Positions 49,507 to 60,004 of a stretch of DNA of 64,000 bases are shown here, one piece after another. Both the position numbers and the translations under genes were made by a program. The notes beneath the pieces are model-generated. The model was not told where the DNA came from, searched no databases, and saw nothing but the letters and a program-made list of their open reading frames with translations. Location: assembly GCA_965221775.1 (NCBI GenBank), contig CBDCSU010000006.1:2400001-2464000 (forward strand), given 5' to 3'. This stretch comes from Candidatus Latescibacterota bacterium (GTDB lineage: Bacteria > Latescibacterota > UBA2968 > UBA8231). Each line of letters opens with the position of its first letter. Within the stretch, counting starts at the first letter, position 1.

Positions 49507-50376
49507 TCACGCCGAGCCTCCCGGCGCCGGCTGGACCGCACCCCCCACCTCGATGCCGCCGTGGGAGGCGGTCCTCAGCCGCAGCAGGGAAGGCCGCCCC
49601 ATCTCGAATCCCTGCTCGACGCGCAGCTCGCCGCCGGCGGGGTCGAGGCCGCCCTGCACCGAGAGGCAGGCGCCCAGGCAGGCGGCGGCGGCGCCGCTGG
49701 CCGGGTCCTCCAGGGCCTCCTCGTCCCCCGGCAGGAAGAGCCGCGCCGAGAGGTGGTTGTCCGCCGAACGGGTCTCCCGGCAGAAGGCGTAGACCCGCGC
49801 GTGGAGGGCCTTGTGGCGCACCATGCGCACGCCGAAGGCGCGGAAGGCGGCGGCGTCGAGGTGGCAGGCGTGCAGCTCCTCCAGCCCCGCGAGGGGGACG
49901 ATGAGGATGGGGAGACCGGCGCCGGTGAGCCGCGGCGGTTCCAGCTCCCCGGGGGCCGGACCGCGCAGCCCCAGGGTGGCGCGGACCTCGGGGGCGGGCC
50001 AGTCGGAGCCCAGCTCGATGGTCGGCGCCGTGAGCCAGGCGGTGCCGTCCTCGAAGCGGACGTCCACGTCGCCGAGGGCCATGGCCAGGACCACCTCTTC
50101 CGGCTCTCCGGTGAGCAGGTGCTCCCGCGCCGCCCGGGCGGCGCCGAGGGCGGCGTGGCCCGAGAACGGGATCTGCCGGCTCGCGGTGAACACCTCCACG
50201 CGGCACGGTCCGCTGCCGGCCGTCGGCGGCAGGAGGAAGGCGGTCTCCCGGCTGTCGTGCGCCGCGGCCTCGGCCATCATCTCGCGGGAGTCCAGCGGCT
50301 CGTCGAGGAGGCGCACGGCCAGCGGATTGCCTCCCGCCCCCTCGTGGGTGAAGACGTCGAGGACGAGATCAGCCAT
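49507..50376 (-). CDS. PhzF-family isomerase/epimerase
   Basis: [35 protein letters not shown]. Confidence 0.9.
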   Translation of the reverse strand: MADLVLDVFTHEGAGGNPLAVRLLDEPLDSREMMAEAAAHDSRETAFLLPPTAGSGPCRVEVFTASRQIPFSGHAALGAARAAREHLLTGEPEEVVLAMALGDVDVRFEDGTAWLTAPTIELGSDWPAPEVRATLGLRGPAPGELEPPRLTGAGLPILIVPLAGLEELHACHLDAAAFRAFGVRMVRHKALHARVYAFCRETRSADNHLSARLFLPGDEEALEDPASGAAAACLGACLSVQGGLDPAGGELRVEQGFEMGRPSLLRLRTASHGGIEVGGAVQPAPGGSA

Positions 50377-52510
50377 CGTCCGCACCCGGCGCCGCGAGCA
50401 GCAGGTCGTCCGTGGGCGGCTCCTCGGCCACGGCCAGCACCCCCACGAAGGCGCGGGCGGCGGCGGGATCGTTGGTGAACACGGCCCCGCGCGAGATCTG
50501 CCGCCCGTCGCCGGACATCTCCAGGGGCAGGCGCTGCCGCAGGCGGTCGGCCCAGGCCGCGGCCGAGGCGTGGCCGGCGGCGCGCAGGTCCTTCAGCCGC
50601 CACAGGCGCCAGACCGCGGACCTCGAGGCCAGCACCCGCCTCTGCAGGGCCAGGCCCACCCGGCCCATGGTCAGCCGCGGGTTCAGCTCCACCACGGGCT
50701 TGAGCCGCAGGCCGCCGTCCGCCGCGTCCTGGTACACGAGGGCGTCCACCCCCAGCGGCCCCCGGAATTCCGGCGGCAGTCGGCGGCCGAGATCTTCTCC
50801 GAGGCGACGGTAGAGCCGCTGCAGCCGGCGGCCGTCGCGCCCGTCGCCGTAGAGGAACCGCCTCGTCTCCTGGTCGAGGCCGGAGACCCGGTCGTGGAGC
50901 ACGACCCCCTGGAAGCGCCCCCCGGCGCCGGTGAGGAAGCGGGTGATCCCGGCCAGGCGCAGGTCGCCGTCGTCCTCGATCTCGTACTGGGCCGACAGGT
51001 CGAGGAGGAGGTCCAGCCAGGGCTCGACGACGACGTTGCCGTCCTCCTGCAGGACCCCTCCCAGCCAGCGGCGGTGATGCTCCGGCAGCTCGGGGGAGTC
51101 GAGGAAGATCCGGCGCCCGCCGGCGGTCCCGAAGGCCGCCTTCACCACCGCCCGCCGCCAGCCCGCCGCGAATCCAGCCGCCAGCGCCGCGGCGGCCTCC
51201 GCCTCGGTGGCGCAGGACGCGCCCACCACCTCCGGGCCGCAGAGCCAGTCCCCCTCCTCCTCGCGCAGCGACGGGAGGACCGCGGCCAGCCAGGCGGCGC
51301 TCCAGGCCTTGGAGTAGAGCTGCCGCCTCTCCTCGTCCCAGAGGCTCCCCACCGGTTCGCCCGCCGGCAGCTGGTCCGCCAGCGGGCCGAGGGCGGCGAC
51401 GCTGTCCGGCGCCCAGCCCCAGGGCCGCAGCCCGGTGAGCCGGCGCCCGTCCAGGGCTTCCGGCACCGGCTGCGCCGCCGGGTCCCACTCCACCAGCTCC
51501 GGCACCGGCAGTCCCGCCGTTCGCAACTCCTGCAGGTAGGCCAGCCGCGGCCGCTCGGGGACGACCACCACGTCGTCGGGGGCCGCCAGGAAGGCGGGCA
51601 GCAGCGCCAGGTCGCGGGACAGGTCCCGGAGCGGCGCCGGCGGCGTGAAGGGGGCGCCCCGGCCGGCGGCCAGGTCGCACAGGGGGTTGAACCAGTGGAG
51701 CCGGGGGCAGCGCCCGTGGGAGTGCACGAACAGCTCCAGCTCGTCGACGAAGGCCCTGGGCAGTCCCGCCCGGAGCCGGCCTTCCCGGTTGAAGCCGATC
51801 CCCTTGGCGCGGCTCGGGCTCAGGGGGAACCCGAGGGCCTGGCGGAAGGACTCCCACTCGCTCTGCGACGGGGCGCGCCAGGTGTTGAACCAGTTCAGGC
51901 CGTGGCGCACGTGGCCGATCTCGTCGCGGTAGATGCGCCCCATGAGGGCCGCCGTATCGGCGTCGCCCAACTCGTCGAAGAGCCGCTGGTAGTGGGGGGC
52001 ATAGTCGAGGTTCGCCTGCTCCAGGGTGAGGCTCAGGCGGGTGACGAAGTCCAGGGGCGTCGGCATGGGCGAGATGGCGCGCCAGAAGAAGTCGCTCACC
52101 GGGATCTGGCCGAAGGCGACGCCGGCGCCGCGGATCCGCTCCAGGTAGAGGCGCAGGTGCTCCTGCTCGTCGAGCAGGGTCCGGGCCACGCCGCGGCGGA
52201 ACCGGGCCGGGGCGCCGGGGAACTTCAGCAGCACCAGGGCCATCAGCTCCGCCGCCATCAGCTCGTGGTTGGCGAAGAAGTGCAGCACGAGACCGCGGTC
52301 CTCGTCTCGCTCCAGGGAGCGCACCTCGTCGAAGGCGACGCGCCCGGTCTCGCTCCAGCGGTCGAGGGCCAGCTCCGGCGGCCGCCCCGGGCCGTCGGGG
52401 GAGGTCACCGGGCGCCCCGGACGCTCGTCGGTCAGGCGGCCGGGGGCGGTGAGCTTGTGCTCCAGGGTGTCGCCGAAGAGCACGGCCTCGGCCAGCTCGC
52501 GGATCTCCAT
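50369..52510 (-). CDS. DUF455 ferritin-like di-iron domain fused to an ATP-grasp-like domain
   Basis: ANHE..E, DEQEH, EQANLD, DEIGH; C-terminal VVKAAFGTAG, VVEPWL, GVDALV, VELNPRLTMG. Confidence 0.75.
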   Translation of the reverse strand: MEIRELAEAVLFGDTLEHKLTAPGRLTDERPGRPVTSPDGPGRPPELALDRWSETGRVAFDEVRSLERDEDRGLVLHFFANHELMAAELMALVLLKFPGAPARFRRGVARTLLDEQEHLRLYLERIRGAGVAFGQIPVSDFFWRAISPMPTPLDFVTRLSLTLEQANLDYAPHYQRLFDELGDADTAALMGRIYRDEIGHVRHGLNWFNTWRAPSQSEWESFRQALGFPLSPSRAKGIGFNREGRLRAGLPRAFVDELELFVHSHGRCPRLHWFNPLCDLAAGRGAPFTPPAPLRDLSRDLALLPAFLAAPDDVVVVPERPRLAYLQELRTAGLPVPELVEWDPAAQPVPEALDGRRLTGLRPWGWAPDSVAALGPLADQLPAGEPVGSLWDEERRQLYSKAWSAAWLAAVLPSLREEEGDWLCGPEVVGASCATEAEAAAALAAGFAAGWRRAVVKAAFGTAGGRRIFLDSPELPEHHRRWLGGVLQEDGNVVVEPWLDLLLDLSAQYEIEDDGDLRLAGITRFLTGAGGRFQGVVLHDRVSGLDQETRRFLYGDGRDGRRLQRLYRRLGEDLGRRLPPEFRGPLGVDALVYQDAADGGLRLKPVVELNPRLTMGRVGLALQRRVLASRSAVWRLWRLKDLRAAGHASAAAWADRLRQRLPLEMSGDGRQISRGAVFTNDPAAARAFVGVLAVAEEPPTDDLLLAAPGADDG

Positions 52511-52627
52511 GGCGAAAAGCTACCCTTCCACAGGAGCGCCGGCGACCTTTCATCTCTCGTGGCGGGAGTCGGGACCAGGGCCTACAATGACCGCTCTTCA
52601 CTTTCGGATCACACGGGGACGGCAGCG

Positions 52628-54511
52628 ATGGCGAAACGCAAGAGCAGCACCAGGTCGCGGGACGTGACCCGCCGGGGGGACATCCCCCGCACCTTCGAGA
52701 CCCGGACGGGGGAGTTCAACTACACGCGCCAGGAGTCGATGGTGCCCATGCGCGACGGTGTGAAGCTCTTCACGCTGATCTTCATCCCCGAGGGCGCGTC
52801 GCGGAAGATGCCGATCGTGCTCACGCGCACCCCCTACGACGCCAAGGGCCGCGGCACCCGTTCCCACAGTCCCGACATCGCCATGGTCCTGCCCCCGGCC
52901 GACGAGGACCTCGTGCGCGATGGCTACATCCTCGTCTACCAGGACGTGCGCGGGCGTTTCGGCTCCAAGGGCAAGTACACCATGACCATGCCGGTGCGCG
53001 GTCCCTTCAATGAAAGCGAGGTCGACCAGGTCACCGACGCCTGGGACACGGTGGAGTGGCTGGTTCAGAACGTGGAGGGCAACAACGGCCGCGTCGGCAT
53101 CACCGGCACCTCCTACGACGGCCTCCTCACCCTCATGGCCCTCATCGACCCCCATCCGGCGCTGAAGGCGGCGGTCCCCGTCAACCCCATGGTCGACTCC
53201 TGGCTCGGGGACGACTTCTACCGCCACGGGGCCTTCCGCACCGTCATGCTCCAGTACGTCTACCGCCAGACCTCGACCAAGAACGCCAGCCACTCCATTC
53301 CCTGGGGCTACCGCGACCACTACCAGGCCGTCCTCGAGGCCGGCTCGATCGGCGAGCTGGGCCGCCGTTACGGGGCCGACCGGCTGCCGGCCTGGAGGCG
53401 GCTGCTGGACCACCCGGCGTACGACGACTACTGGAAGGACCAGGCCCTGCAGGAGCACCTGGCCCGGGCGCCGCGGCGGGTGCCCGTCCTCAGCGTGCAC
53501 AGCCTCTTCGACGCCGAGGACCTCTACGGCGCCGTGCTCAGCCACGCGGCGATGGCGAAGAACGACCCCCGGGGGGCGCGCACGCACCTGGTCATCGGGC
53601 CCTGGTCGCACGCGCAGACCTGGGGCGAGGGCTCCGCCCTCGGCAGCCTCAAGTGGGGGGAGGACACGGGCCTGCGCTTCCGCCGCGACATGCTCAAGCC
53701 CTTCTGGGACCACCATCTCAAGCGCAAGCGGCCGGCCGAGCCGCTGCCGCGGGTGACGGCCTTCGAGACCGGGAGCAACCGCTGGCGCCAGTACCGGAGC
53801 TGGCCGCCGGTGCAGGAGACCGAGACCCGGCGGCTCTACCTGCAGCCGGAGGGGGGCCTCTCCTTCGACGCGCCTGCCGCCGGCGAGAGCTGCACCGAGT
53901 ATGTCTCGGACCCGGCCAGCCCGGTGCCCTACCGGGTGCGCCCGATCATCCCGCCCTTCGCCGGGGAGGGCACCTGGTTCCGCTGGCTGGTCGACGATCA
54001 GCGGCCGTTCTCCGACCGCACCGACGTCCTCGTCTTCGTCAGCGAGACCCTCCGGGAGCCCCTCACCCTGAGCGGCGAGCCCGCGGCCACCCTCTTCGCC
54101 TCGACCACGGGGACCGACGCCGACTGGGTGGTCAAGCTCATCGACCTCTACCCCGACGAGGTTCCGGCGGACCGGGACATGGGCGGCTACCAGTTCATGA
54201 TCTCGGGCGACATCCTGCGCGGCCGCTACCGCGAGAGCTTCGAGGAGGCGGCGCCGATCCCGCCCGGGCAGGTGCTGCCCTACCGCGTCCTCATGCCCCA
54301 CGTGAACCACACATTTCTGCCGGGGCACCGCGTCATGGTGCACGTGCAGAGCTCGTGGTTCCCGGTCTGCGACCGCAACCCGCAGACCTTCGTGGAGCAG
54401 ATCGCCTGGGCCCGTCCCGAGGATTTCCGCAAGGCGACCCACGCCATCCACCACGACCGCGAGGCAGCCAGCTTCCTCGAGCTGCCCGTGCGCAAGGGAG
54501 ATCAACCGTGA
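52628..54511 (+). CDS. CocE/NonD-family serine hydrolase (alpha-amino acid ester hydrolase-like)
   Basis: PMRDGVKL, RTPY, QDVRG, GTSYDG, GPWSH, DRNPQ. Confidence 0.92.
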   Translation: MAKRKSSTRSRDVTRRGDIPRTFETRTGEFNYTRQESMVPMRDGVKLFTLIFIPEGASRKMPIVLTRTPYDAKGRGTRSHSPDIAMVLPPADEDLVRDGYILVYQDVRGRFGSKGKYTMTMPVRGPFNESEVDQVTDAWDTVEWLVQNVEGNNGRVGITGTSYDGLLTLMALIDPHPALKAAVPVNPMVDSWLGDDFYRHGAFRTVMLQYVYRQTSTKNASHSIPWGYRDHYQAVLEAGSIGELGRRYGADRLPAWRRLLDHPAYDDYWKDQALQEHLARAPRRVPVLSVHSLFDAEDLYGAVLSHAAMAKNDPRGARTHLVIGPWSHAQTWGEGSALGSLKWGEDTGLRFRRDMLKPFWDHHLKRKRPAEPLPRVTAFETGSNRWRQYRSWPPVQETETRRLYLQPEGGLSFDAPAAGESCTEYVSDPASPVPYRVRPIIPPFAGEGTWFRWLVDDQRPFSDRTDVLVFVSETLREPLTLSGEPAATLFASTTGTDADWVVKLIDLYPDEVPADRDMGGYQFMISGDILRGRYRESFEEAAPIPPGQVLPYRVLMPHVNHTFLPGHRVMVHVQSSWFPVCDRNPQTFVEQIAWARPEDFRKATHAIHHDREAASFLELPVRKGDQP

Positions 54512-55770
54512 AAGTCGAATCGATCGAGCTGACCCTCCTCGACCTCCCCTTCACGAAGCACACCGGCAAGCACATGCAGTACTGGCTCCCCCACTGGCGC
54601 ATCGTGCAGATCTGCCGGCTCACCATGAGCAACGGCGTCGTCGGCTTCGGCGAGACGATCCCCAACTACACCTGGGCCAAGGTGCCCGAGGGGATCGAGG
54701 AGCGCGTCCTGGGCCGCGAGGCGGACGAGCTGATGTGGGAGGACGACCTCGGCGCCGGCGTGCAGATGGCCCTCTTCGACGCCGTGGGCAAGCACGAGAG
54801 CGTGCCCGTCCACAAGCTCCTGGGTTCCCAGGTGCGCGACTACGCGCCCCTGTCGTGGTGGGCCATGGACATGCCGCCCCGGGACTGGGCCCGCCAGTGC
54901 CGCGCGGCCGTGAAGGCCGGGTACATGTCGGCCAAGCTGAAGGCGCGCACCTGGTACGACATGCACGCCGGGATCCGGGCCATCCTCGAGGTGGTGCCGC
55001 CCCAGTTCCGCCTCGACCTCGACTACAACTCGACCCTGGACAACACCTCCAACGCCGTGGAGCATCTCAAGTCCCTCGAGCGCTACGAGCAGGTCGCCAT
55101 GATCGAGAGCCCCATCCCCCAGAGCGACGTGCCCGGCAACAAGCAGATCCGCCGGCGCGTGGACCGGGCCGTGGCCATGCACTTCGGCCAGCCGCCGATC
55201 GAGACCGCCCTGGCCGAGGACGTGACCGACGGCTTCGTCGTCTCCGGCGGCGCCAGCCAGGTCCGCTCGCAGTCGGAGATCACCCATTCCGCCAACAAGC
55301 CCTTCTGGCTGCAGCTCGTGGGCACCGGCATCACCACCACCTGGGCCGCCCACCTCGGCGCCGTCTGCCCCGAGGCCAAGTGGCCGGCCATCACCTGCAT
55401 GAACATCTGGAAGAAGCAGCTCATCCGATCCGCCATCGTGCTGCGCGGCGGCTATCACCGGGTGCCGGACGGGCCCGGCCTCGGCGTCGAGCTGGACGAG
55501 GGACTCGTGGAGAAGCACGCCGTCGACTACGACTGGCTCGATCCCCCGAGGCACGTCTACCGGTACGCCAGGGCGAGCGGCGAGGTCACGTACTTCGGAT
55601 GCGGCAAGCAGGAGCTGACCCGCGTCTACCCCGACCTGGCCATGCCGGTGAGCGAGGCGGGGTCGGAGTGCGTGCCCGTGGAGGACGACGGCTCGGAGGA
55701 GTTCGAGGAGATCTGGCAGGCGGTGCAGGACGGGCGGACGCTGCGGCGGCAGGAAGGACGCGGGAAGTAG
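54508..55770 (+). CDS. Mandelate racemase/muconate lactonizing enzyme family protein
   Basis: MALFDAVGK, KLK, DYN, IESP, PDGPGLGVE. Confidence 0.88.
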   Translation: MKVESIELTLLDLPFTKHTGKHMQYWLPHWRIVQICRLTMSNGVVGFGETIPNYTWAKVPEGIEERVLGREADELMWEDDLGAGVQMALFDAVGKHESVPVHKLLGSQVRDYAPLSWWAMDMPPRDWARQCRAAVKAGYMSAKLKARTWYDMHAGIRAILEVVPPQFRLDLDYNSTLDNTSNAVEHLKSLERYEQVAMIESPIPQSDVPGNKQIRRRVDRAVAMHFGQPPIETALAEDVTDGFVVSGGASQVRSQSEITHSANKPFWLQLVGTGITTTWAAHLGAVCPEAKWPAITCMNIWKKQLIRSAIVLRGGYHRVPDGPGLGVELDEGLVEKHAVDYDWLDPPRHVYRYARASGEVTYFGCGKQELTRVYPDLAMPVSEAGSECVPVEDDGSEEFEEIWQAVQDGRTLRRQEGRGK

Positions 55771-55781
55771 GGGATTCCGCC

Positions 55782-56759
55782 ATGAACGTGCCTCCCAGTG
55801 ACGGCATCCGTGTCGGCGTGGCAGACCTCCGGAAGCTGGTCGTCGAGATCTTCCGGGCCGTGCCGATCCCGGCGGACCACGCCCGGCTCGTCGCCGGCAA
55901 GCTGGTGGAGTGCGACCTGCGCGGCGTCGTCAGCCACGGGGTCGTGCAGGCGCACCGCTACGTGCGCTCCTTCCAGGACGGCTCGGTCAACCCCGACCCC
56001 GAGATCCGCGTGCTCAAGGAGGGGCCCGCCACCGCCGCTCTCACCGGCGACGGCGGCCTGGGTTACCTCGTCGCTGCCCGGGCGATGGAGATGGCCATCT
56101 CAAGGGCGCGGGAGTTGGGCATCGGCGCGGCCACCTCCACCTGCCACGGCCACCTCGGCAGCGCCGGCATCTACGCGCGCATGGCCATGGGCCAGGACCT
56201 GATCGGCATCTGCACCTCCGGCCGCAGCGCCGCCGACAACTACAGCCGCGAGCAGACGATCCGCGGCTCCATCCAGGGCAGCCCGCCCCTGGCCTTCGGC
56301 ATGCCCGCCGGGGAGGGGAAGCCGGCCTTCCTCCTCGACTTCGCCAGCCACTTCGCCATCGACGACGACACATTTCTGAAATACCCGCCGGTTTTCATAA
56401 AGGCGATCGGCATATCGCATGTGGGCAACATCCTCTCGGGCACCCTCGGCGGGCAGATGCTGCCGGAGTTCTCGCGGGGGAACGTCGAGTTCCGCGGCGC
56501 CGATCAGTCGGGCTTCTTCCTCGCCATCGACGTGGACCGGTTCTCCGACCTGGACGCCTTCAAGGCGGACATGGACCACCTGATGGACGAGGCCAGCCGC
56601 ATGAAGCCCCTGCCCGGCTTCAGCGAGTCCTACCTGCCCGGCGGCAAGGAGCTGGAGCGGGAGGCCGAGTACCGCCGGGACGGCGTGCCGGTCTCGGCGG
56701 GGGCGGTGAAGGGGCTGGAGGAAGTGGCGCGGGAGCTGTCGGTCGCGACCCCGTGGTAG
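55782..56759 (+). CDS. Ldh_2 family oxidoreductase
   Basis: DLRGVVSHG, HLGSAG, LPGGKE. Confidence 0.9.
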   Translation: MNVPPSDGIRVGVADLRKLVVEIFRAVPIPADHARLVAGKLVECDLRGVVSHGVVQAHRYVRSFQDGSVNPDPEIRVLKEGPATAALTGDGGLGYLVAARAMEMAISRARELGIGAATSTCHGHLGSAGIYARMAMGQDLIGICTSGRSAADNYSREQTIRGSIQGSPPLAFGMPAGEGKPAFLLDFASHFAIDDDTFLKYPPVFIKAIGISHVGNILSGTLGGQMLPEFSRGNVEFRGADQSGFFLAIDVDRFSDLDAFKADMDHLMDEASRMKPLPGFSESYLPGGKELEREAEYRRDGVPVSAGAVKGLEEVARELSVATPW

Positions 56760-56797
56760 CCGCGGGACCGGTCAGTCGATGGTAGATCCGCAGGCCT

Positions 56798-57841
56798 TCA
56801 GCGGTGCTGATCGTGCTCCAGTTCGATGCGGTAGCAGGCAAGGCCGACAAGCGCGTTGCCCAGGGTATTGAGAATCAGCTCGAAGCTCGGTTCCCCGCCC
56901 TCCGCCGAAGCCTCCGGAAGCCAGTGCCCGTCCGGGTGCTGCGCCGTCACCAGGTACGCCGCGCACTTCCGGGCGGCGTCCCGGTACTCCTCCGTGGGCG
57001 CGACCTGCTGAAGCTCGGCAAGACCCCACAAGAACTTGTGACACTCCACGCAGAGGTACAGCTCGTCGCGAGCCAGGAACATGTCGGCATAGCGGCGGGC
57101 GCAGGCGAGGTGAGCGGGATCCCCGGTGAGGCGGTGCAGCCTCACCAGCAGCGCCATGGCGGGTCCGAACCGCGCCGGCCGCTGAGCGGCGCCTCTCAGA
57201 TCGACGTAGTGCCGTGAGCTGCGCTCGCGGAAGAAGGGGGGAGCGCCGCCGCCGCGTCCATCCCAGTCGGCGGTGAGCTGCCGGTTGGAGTCGAACCCGG
57301 CCGCAGGGTCCGCCTGCCCCTGCCACAGTTCGTCCAGGAACCCCGCGGCTCGGCGGGCTCCTTCGATGCGCCCCGCCGCCAAGAGCCCCAGTCCCGCCAT
57401 GCCGGCGGTCATGGCTCCCTGCAGTCCCTCGCCCGAGGCGCGCGCTGCCGCGGAATCCCAGAAGCCGCCGGTGCGGCGGTCCTGGTAGGCGGTCAGGTCA
57501 TCGGCCAGCGCCTGCTGCAGATCATGGCGCTCGCACAGCGCCGCCCCCCACGCCAGCCAGCCGCGGTCGTAGGTGTTCACCGGACGGGAGCGGTCGACCT
57601 CGTCGGGCAGCTTGAGGGTGCCGTCGGCGGCCAGCAGGTGCGCGGCGACCCAGTCGAGGACGAGGGCCGCCGTTCCTCTTCGGCCGTTCAGCGCCAGGGC
57701 GGCGGGGACCTTGTAGTACAGCCCCGGCGCGCGGTTGCCACCGATGCAGCCGTAGGCGTCGATGTGGGATGTCAGCCAGGCGGCTGCGCGCTCGGCGGAA
57801 CGAGCGACGGCGGGGCCGCTGTCGGTGGGAATGCGGGGCAT
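56798..57841 (-). CDS. Hypothetical alpha/alpha-toroid protein
   Basis: AAAWLTSH, QDRRTGGF, AQHPDGHW prenyltransferase-like repeats. Confidence 0.6.
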   Translation of the reverse strand: MPRIPTDSGPAVARSAERAAAWLTSHIDAYGCIGGNRAPGLYYKVPAALALNGRRGTAALVLDWVAAHLLAADGTLKLPDEVDRSRPVNTYDRGWLAWGAALCERHDLQQALADDLTAYQDRRTGGFWDSAAARASGEGLQGAMTAGMAGLGLLAAGRIEGARRAAGFLDELWQGQADPAAGFDSNRQLTADWDGRGGGAPPFFRERSSRHYVDLRGAAQRPARFGPAMALLVRLHRLTGDPAHLACARRYADMFLARDELYLCVECHKFLWGLAELQQVAPTEEYRDAARKCAAYLVTAQHPDGHWLPEASAEGGEPSFELILNTLGNALVGLACYRIELEHDQHR

Positions 57842-58014
57842 GGCAGGCAAGATGCTGGGAGGGGGGTCACCGTGCAACCCGGCGGTGGCTGCCGTTGGTG
57901 ACGCATCGGGGCGGCCCGGGGGGGACATGAAGCCGGAGCTGATCTCCTTGTCAGACCGCGTCCGCCGGAGTATGGTAGCCTCTGACAGGCAACCCTCTCT
58001 CCGCCGGGCTCTCA

Positions 58015-59670
58015 ATGCACATGTCCCCGTCCCGGCAAACTGGAGAGCCACCTCTGTCCTGGCATGGTTTCATGGCCAGCACCGCCCTGTCCCGCCCTCT
58101 CCTGTCCCTCCTTCGAGCCGGAGTTCTCCTGTCCCTGAGCGCCACCGCCGCGGTGGCGCAGACGGAGTTCCCCTTCGCCGCCGGCACCGACGCTGCCGGC
58201 CGGGCCGAGGCGGTGAGCGATTCCGCCGGCCAGGTGATGATCGAGTCGCCGGAGTTCCCCCGCGGCCTGTGGGTGGAGGTGGTGGATGAGACTGGGCAGG
58301 CGCTGGCTGGCATCGAGGTTGAGTACCAGGGCCGAGCCGACAGCCTGGTGGTCATCTGGGTCGTCGACCCGTCCGGCCTGCGGCAGGAGACGCTGCAATG
58401 GAGCCGCCCTGCGGGGGATTCCCTGCACCTTGCCCTCAAGGCTGCGGACCCCGCTCACCTGCCACCGGAACTGGCTTCCGTTGACTGGCGGATCGACCCG
58501 GCCGCCGAGGAACTTCCGATGCTGAACCCTGTGGAAGGGCCCCGACTCGCCGGCTGGGGGGACTTGACGGCCATCCTCCAGGAGCGCTGGCAAGGCCACA
58601 CAGGGCGGGTGGTGGTGCAGGTCGACAGCACTGCCCTGGCCGTGGACTTGTCCCACCCGGAGGCGGTAGAGAGGCTGGTCGACTACCTGGAGAGGCGCTT
58701 ACCTGTACCGGGAGAAGAGATAGCGTCCTTTGTACAGGTGATCCTGGCTCCACGAACATTCGAGAGAGAGCTTGCTCTGCTCGACGACTCGATCGCCCTC
58801 ACCACTTCCTACGTGCTGGTCCCGGGATCCGATCTGGAAGAATGGGTATTGGCGGGGCTCGGTAGGTCCAGCGGTCCGGTCACCTTGTCGGAAGCCGTGG
58901 CGGTGACATGGCTCGGACTTCGGTTCCGGCAGATCGTCGACATCAGCCCCCTGGCCGCCTTGACCAACTTGGAAGGGCTGGACCTGAGTTGGAATCGGAT
59001 CGTCGATGTGAGTCCTCTGGCCGCCTTGACCAACTTGGAAGAGCTGAGGCTGGCTCGCAACGAGATCGTGGAAGTGAGTTCTCTGGCCGCCTTGACCAAC
59101 TTGGAACAGCTGAGGCTGGAGTACAACCAGATCGTGGATGTGAGTCCTCTGGCCTACTTGACCAACTTGGAATGGCTGTGGCTGAAGGACAACCAGATCG
59201 TGGATGTCAGTCCTCTGGCCTACTTGACCAACTTGGAAGGGCTGGACCTGCATTGGAATCGGATCGTGGATGTGAGTTCTCTGGCCGCCTTGACCAACTT
59301 GGAAGGGCTGAGGCTGAGTTGGAACCAGATTGTCGACGTGAGTTCTCTGGCCGCCTTGACCAACTTGGAAGGGCTGGACCTGGGTTGGAATCGGATCGTG
59401 GAAGTGAGTTCTCTGGCCGCCTTGACCAACTTGTGGGAGCTGAGGCTGGAGTACAACCAGATTGTCGATGTGAGTCCTCTGGCCGCCTTGACCAACTTGG
59501 AAGAGCTGAGGCTGGAGGGCAACCAGATCGTGGATGTGGGCCCCTTGGTGGCCAGTCCCGGCCTGGGTGAAGGTGATACCATACATCTGAGCGACAACCC
59601 ACTCAGCGACGAGGCCATCAACGAACAGATCCCCGCCTTGGAAGCACGGGGTGTCCAGGTGGACTACTGA
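58015..59670 (+). CDS. Secreted internalin-like leucine-rich repeat protein 1
   Basis: Signal peptide, Ig-like N-domain, about ten 22-aa repeats LxxLxLxxNxIVDVSPLAALTN, C-cap NPLS. Confidence 0.9.
   Translation: MHMSPSRQTGEPPLSWHGFMASTALSRPLLSLLRAGVLLSLSATAAVAQTEFPFAAGTDAAGRAEAVSDSAGQVMIESPEFPRGLWVEVVDETGQALAGIEVEYQGRADSLVVIWVVDPSGLRQETLQWSRPAGDSLHLALKAADPAHLPPELASVDWRIDPAAEELPMLNPVEGPRLAGWGDLTAILQERWQGHTGRVVVQVDSTALAVDLSHPEAVERLVDYLERRLPVPGEEIASFVQVILAPRTFERELALLDDSIALTTSYVLVPGSDLEEWVLAGLGRSSGPVTLSEAVAVTWLGLRFRQIVDISPLAALTNLEGLDLSWNRIVDVSPLAALTNLEELRLARNEIVEVSSLAALTNLEQLRLEYNQIVDVSPLAYLTNLEWLWLKDNQIVDVSPLAYLTNLEGLDLHWNRIVDVSSLAALTNLEGLRLSWNQIVDVSSLAALTNLEGLDLGWNRIVEVSSLAALTNLWELRLEYNQIVDVSPLAALTNLEELRLEGNQIVDVGPLVASPGLGEGDTIHLSDNPLSDEAINEQIPALEARGVQVDY
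58930..59550 (+). repeat. 66-bp coding tandem repeats (LRR units)
   Basis: CTCTGGCCGCCTTGACCAACTTGGAA-type block recurs every 66 nt. Confidence 0.9.
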
Positions 59671-59710
59671 CCCGCCCCCACCGCCCCCCTCCTGCCAAAG
59701 GAGCCCCGCC

Positions 59711-59929
59711 ATGCACCTTCGACTCATCCTCCTCACCGCCCTGCTGCTGACCCCCCTGCCCGCCCTCGGCATCGGCTACGTGTACACCGGCGTCGGCGAC
59801 GACGGCCGCCAACACCTGGAGCTGACGTCGGTCACCGTGGACGTGCGCATCGACCAGCGGGTGGCGCGCCCGCGCACCGACCAGATCTTCACCAACCATG
59901 CCGAGGGTTGCTGGCAAGATGACGTTTGA
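59711..59929 (+). pseudogene. Truncated duplicate of the 5' end of the VIT/vWA gene
   Basis: 59686-59905 is near-identical to 61773-61992, then diverges and stops. Confidence 0.88.
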
Positions 59930-60004
59930 CAGGAATTCTCCTCCGCGCCGGCACTCGGCCTTGTCTGCGATCCGGCAATCCCGGCTCTCGCCTGGCACCA
60001 CTCC

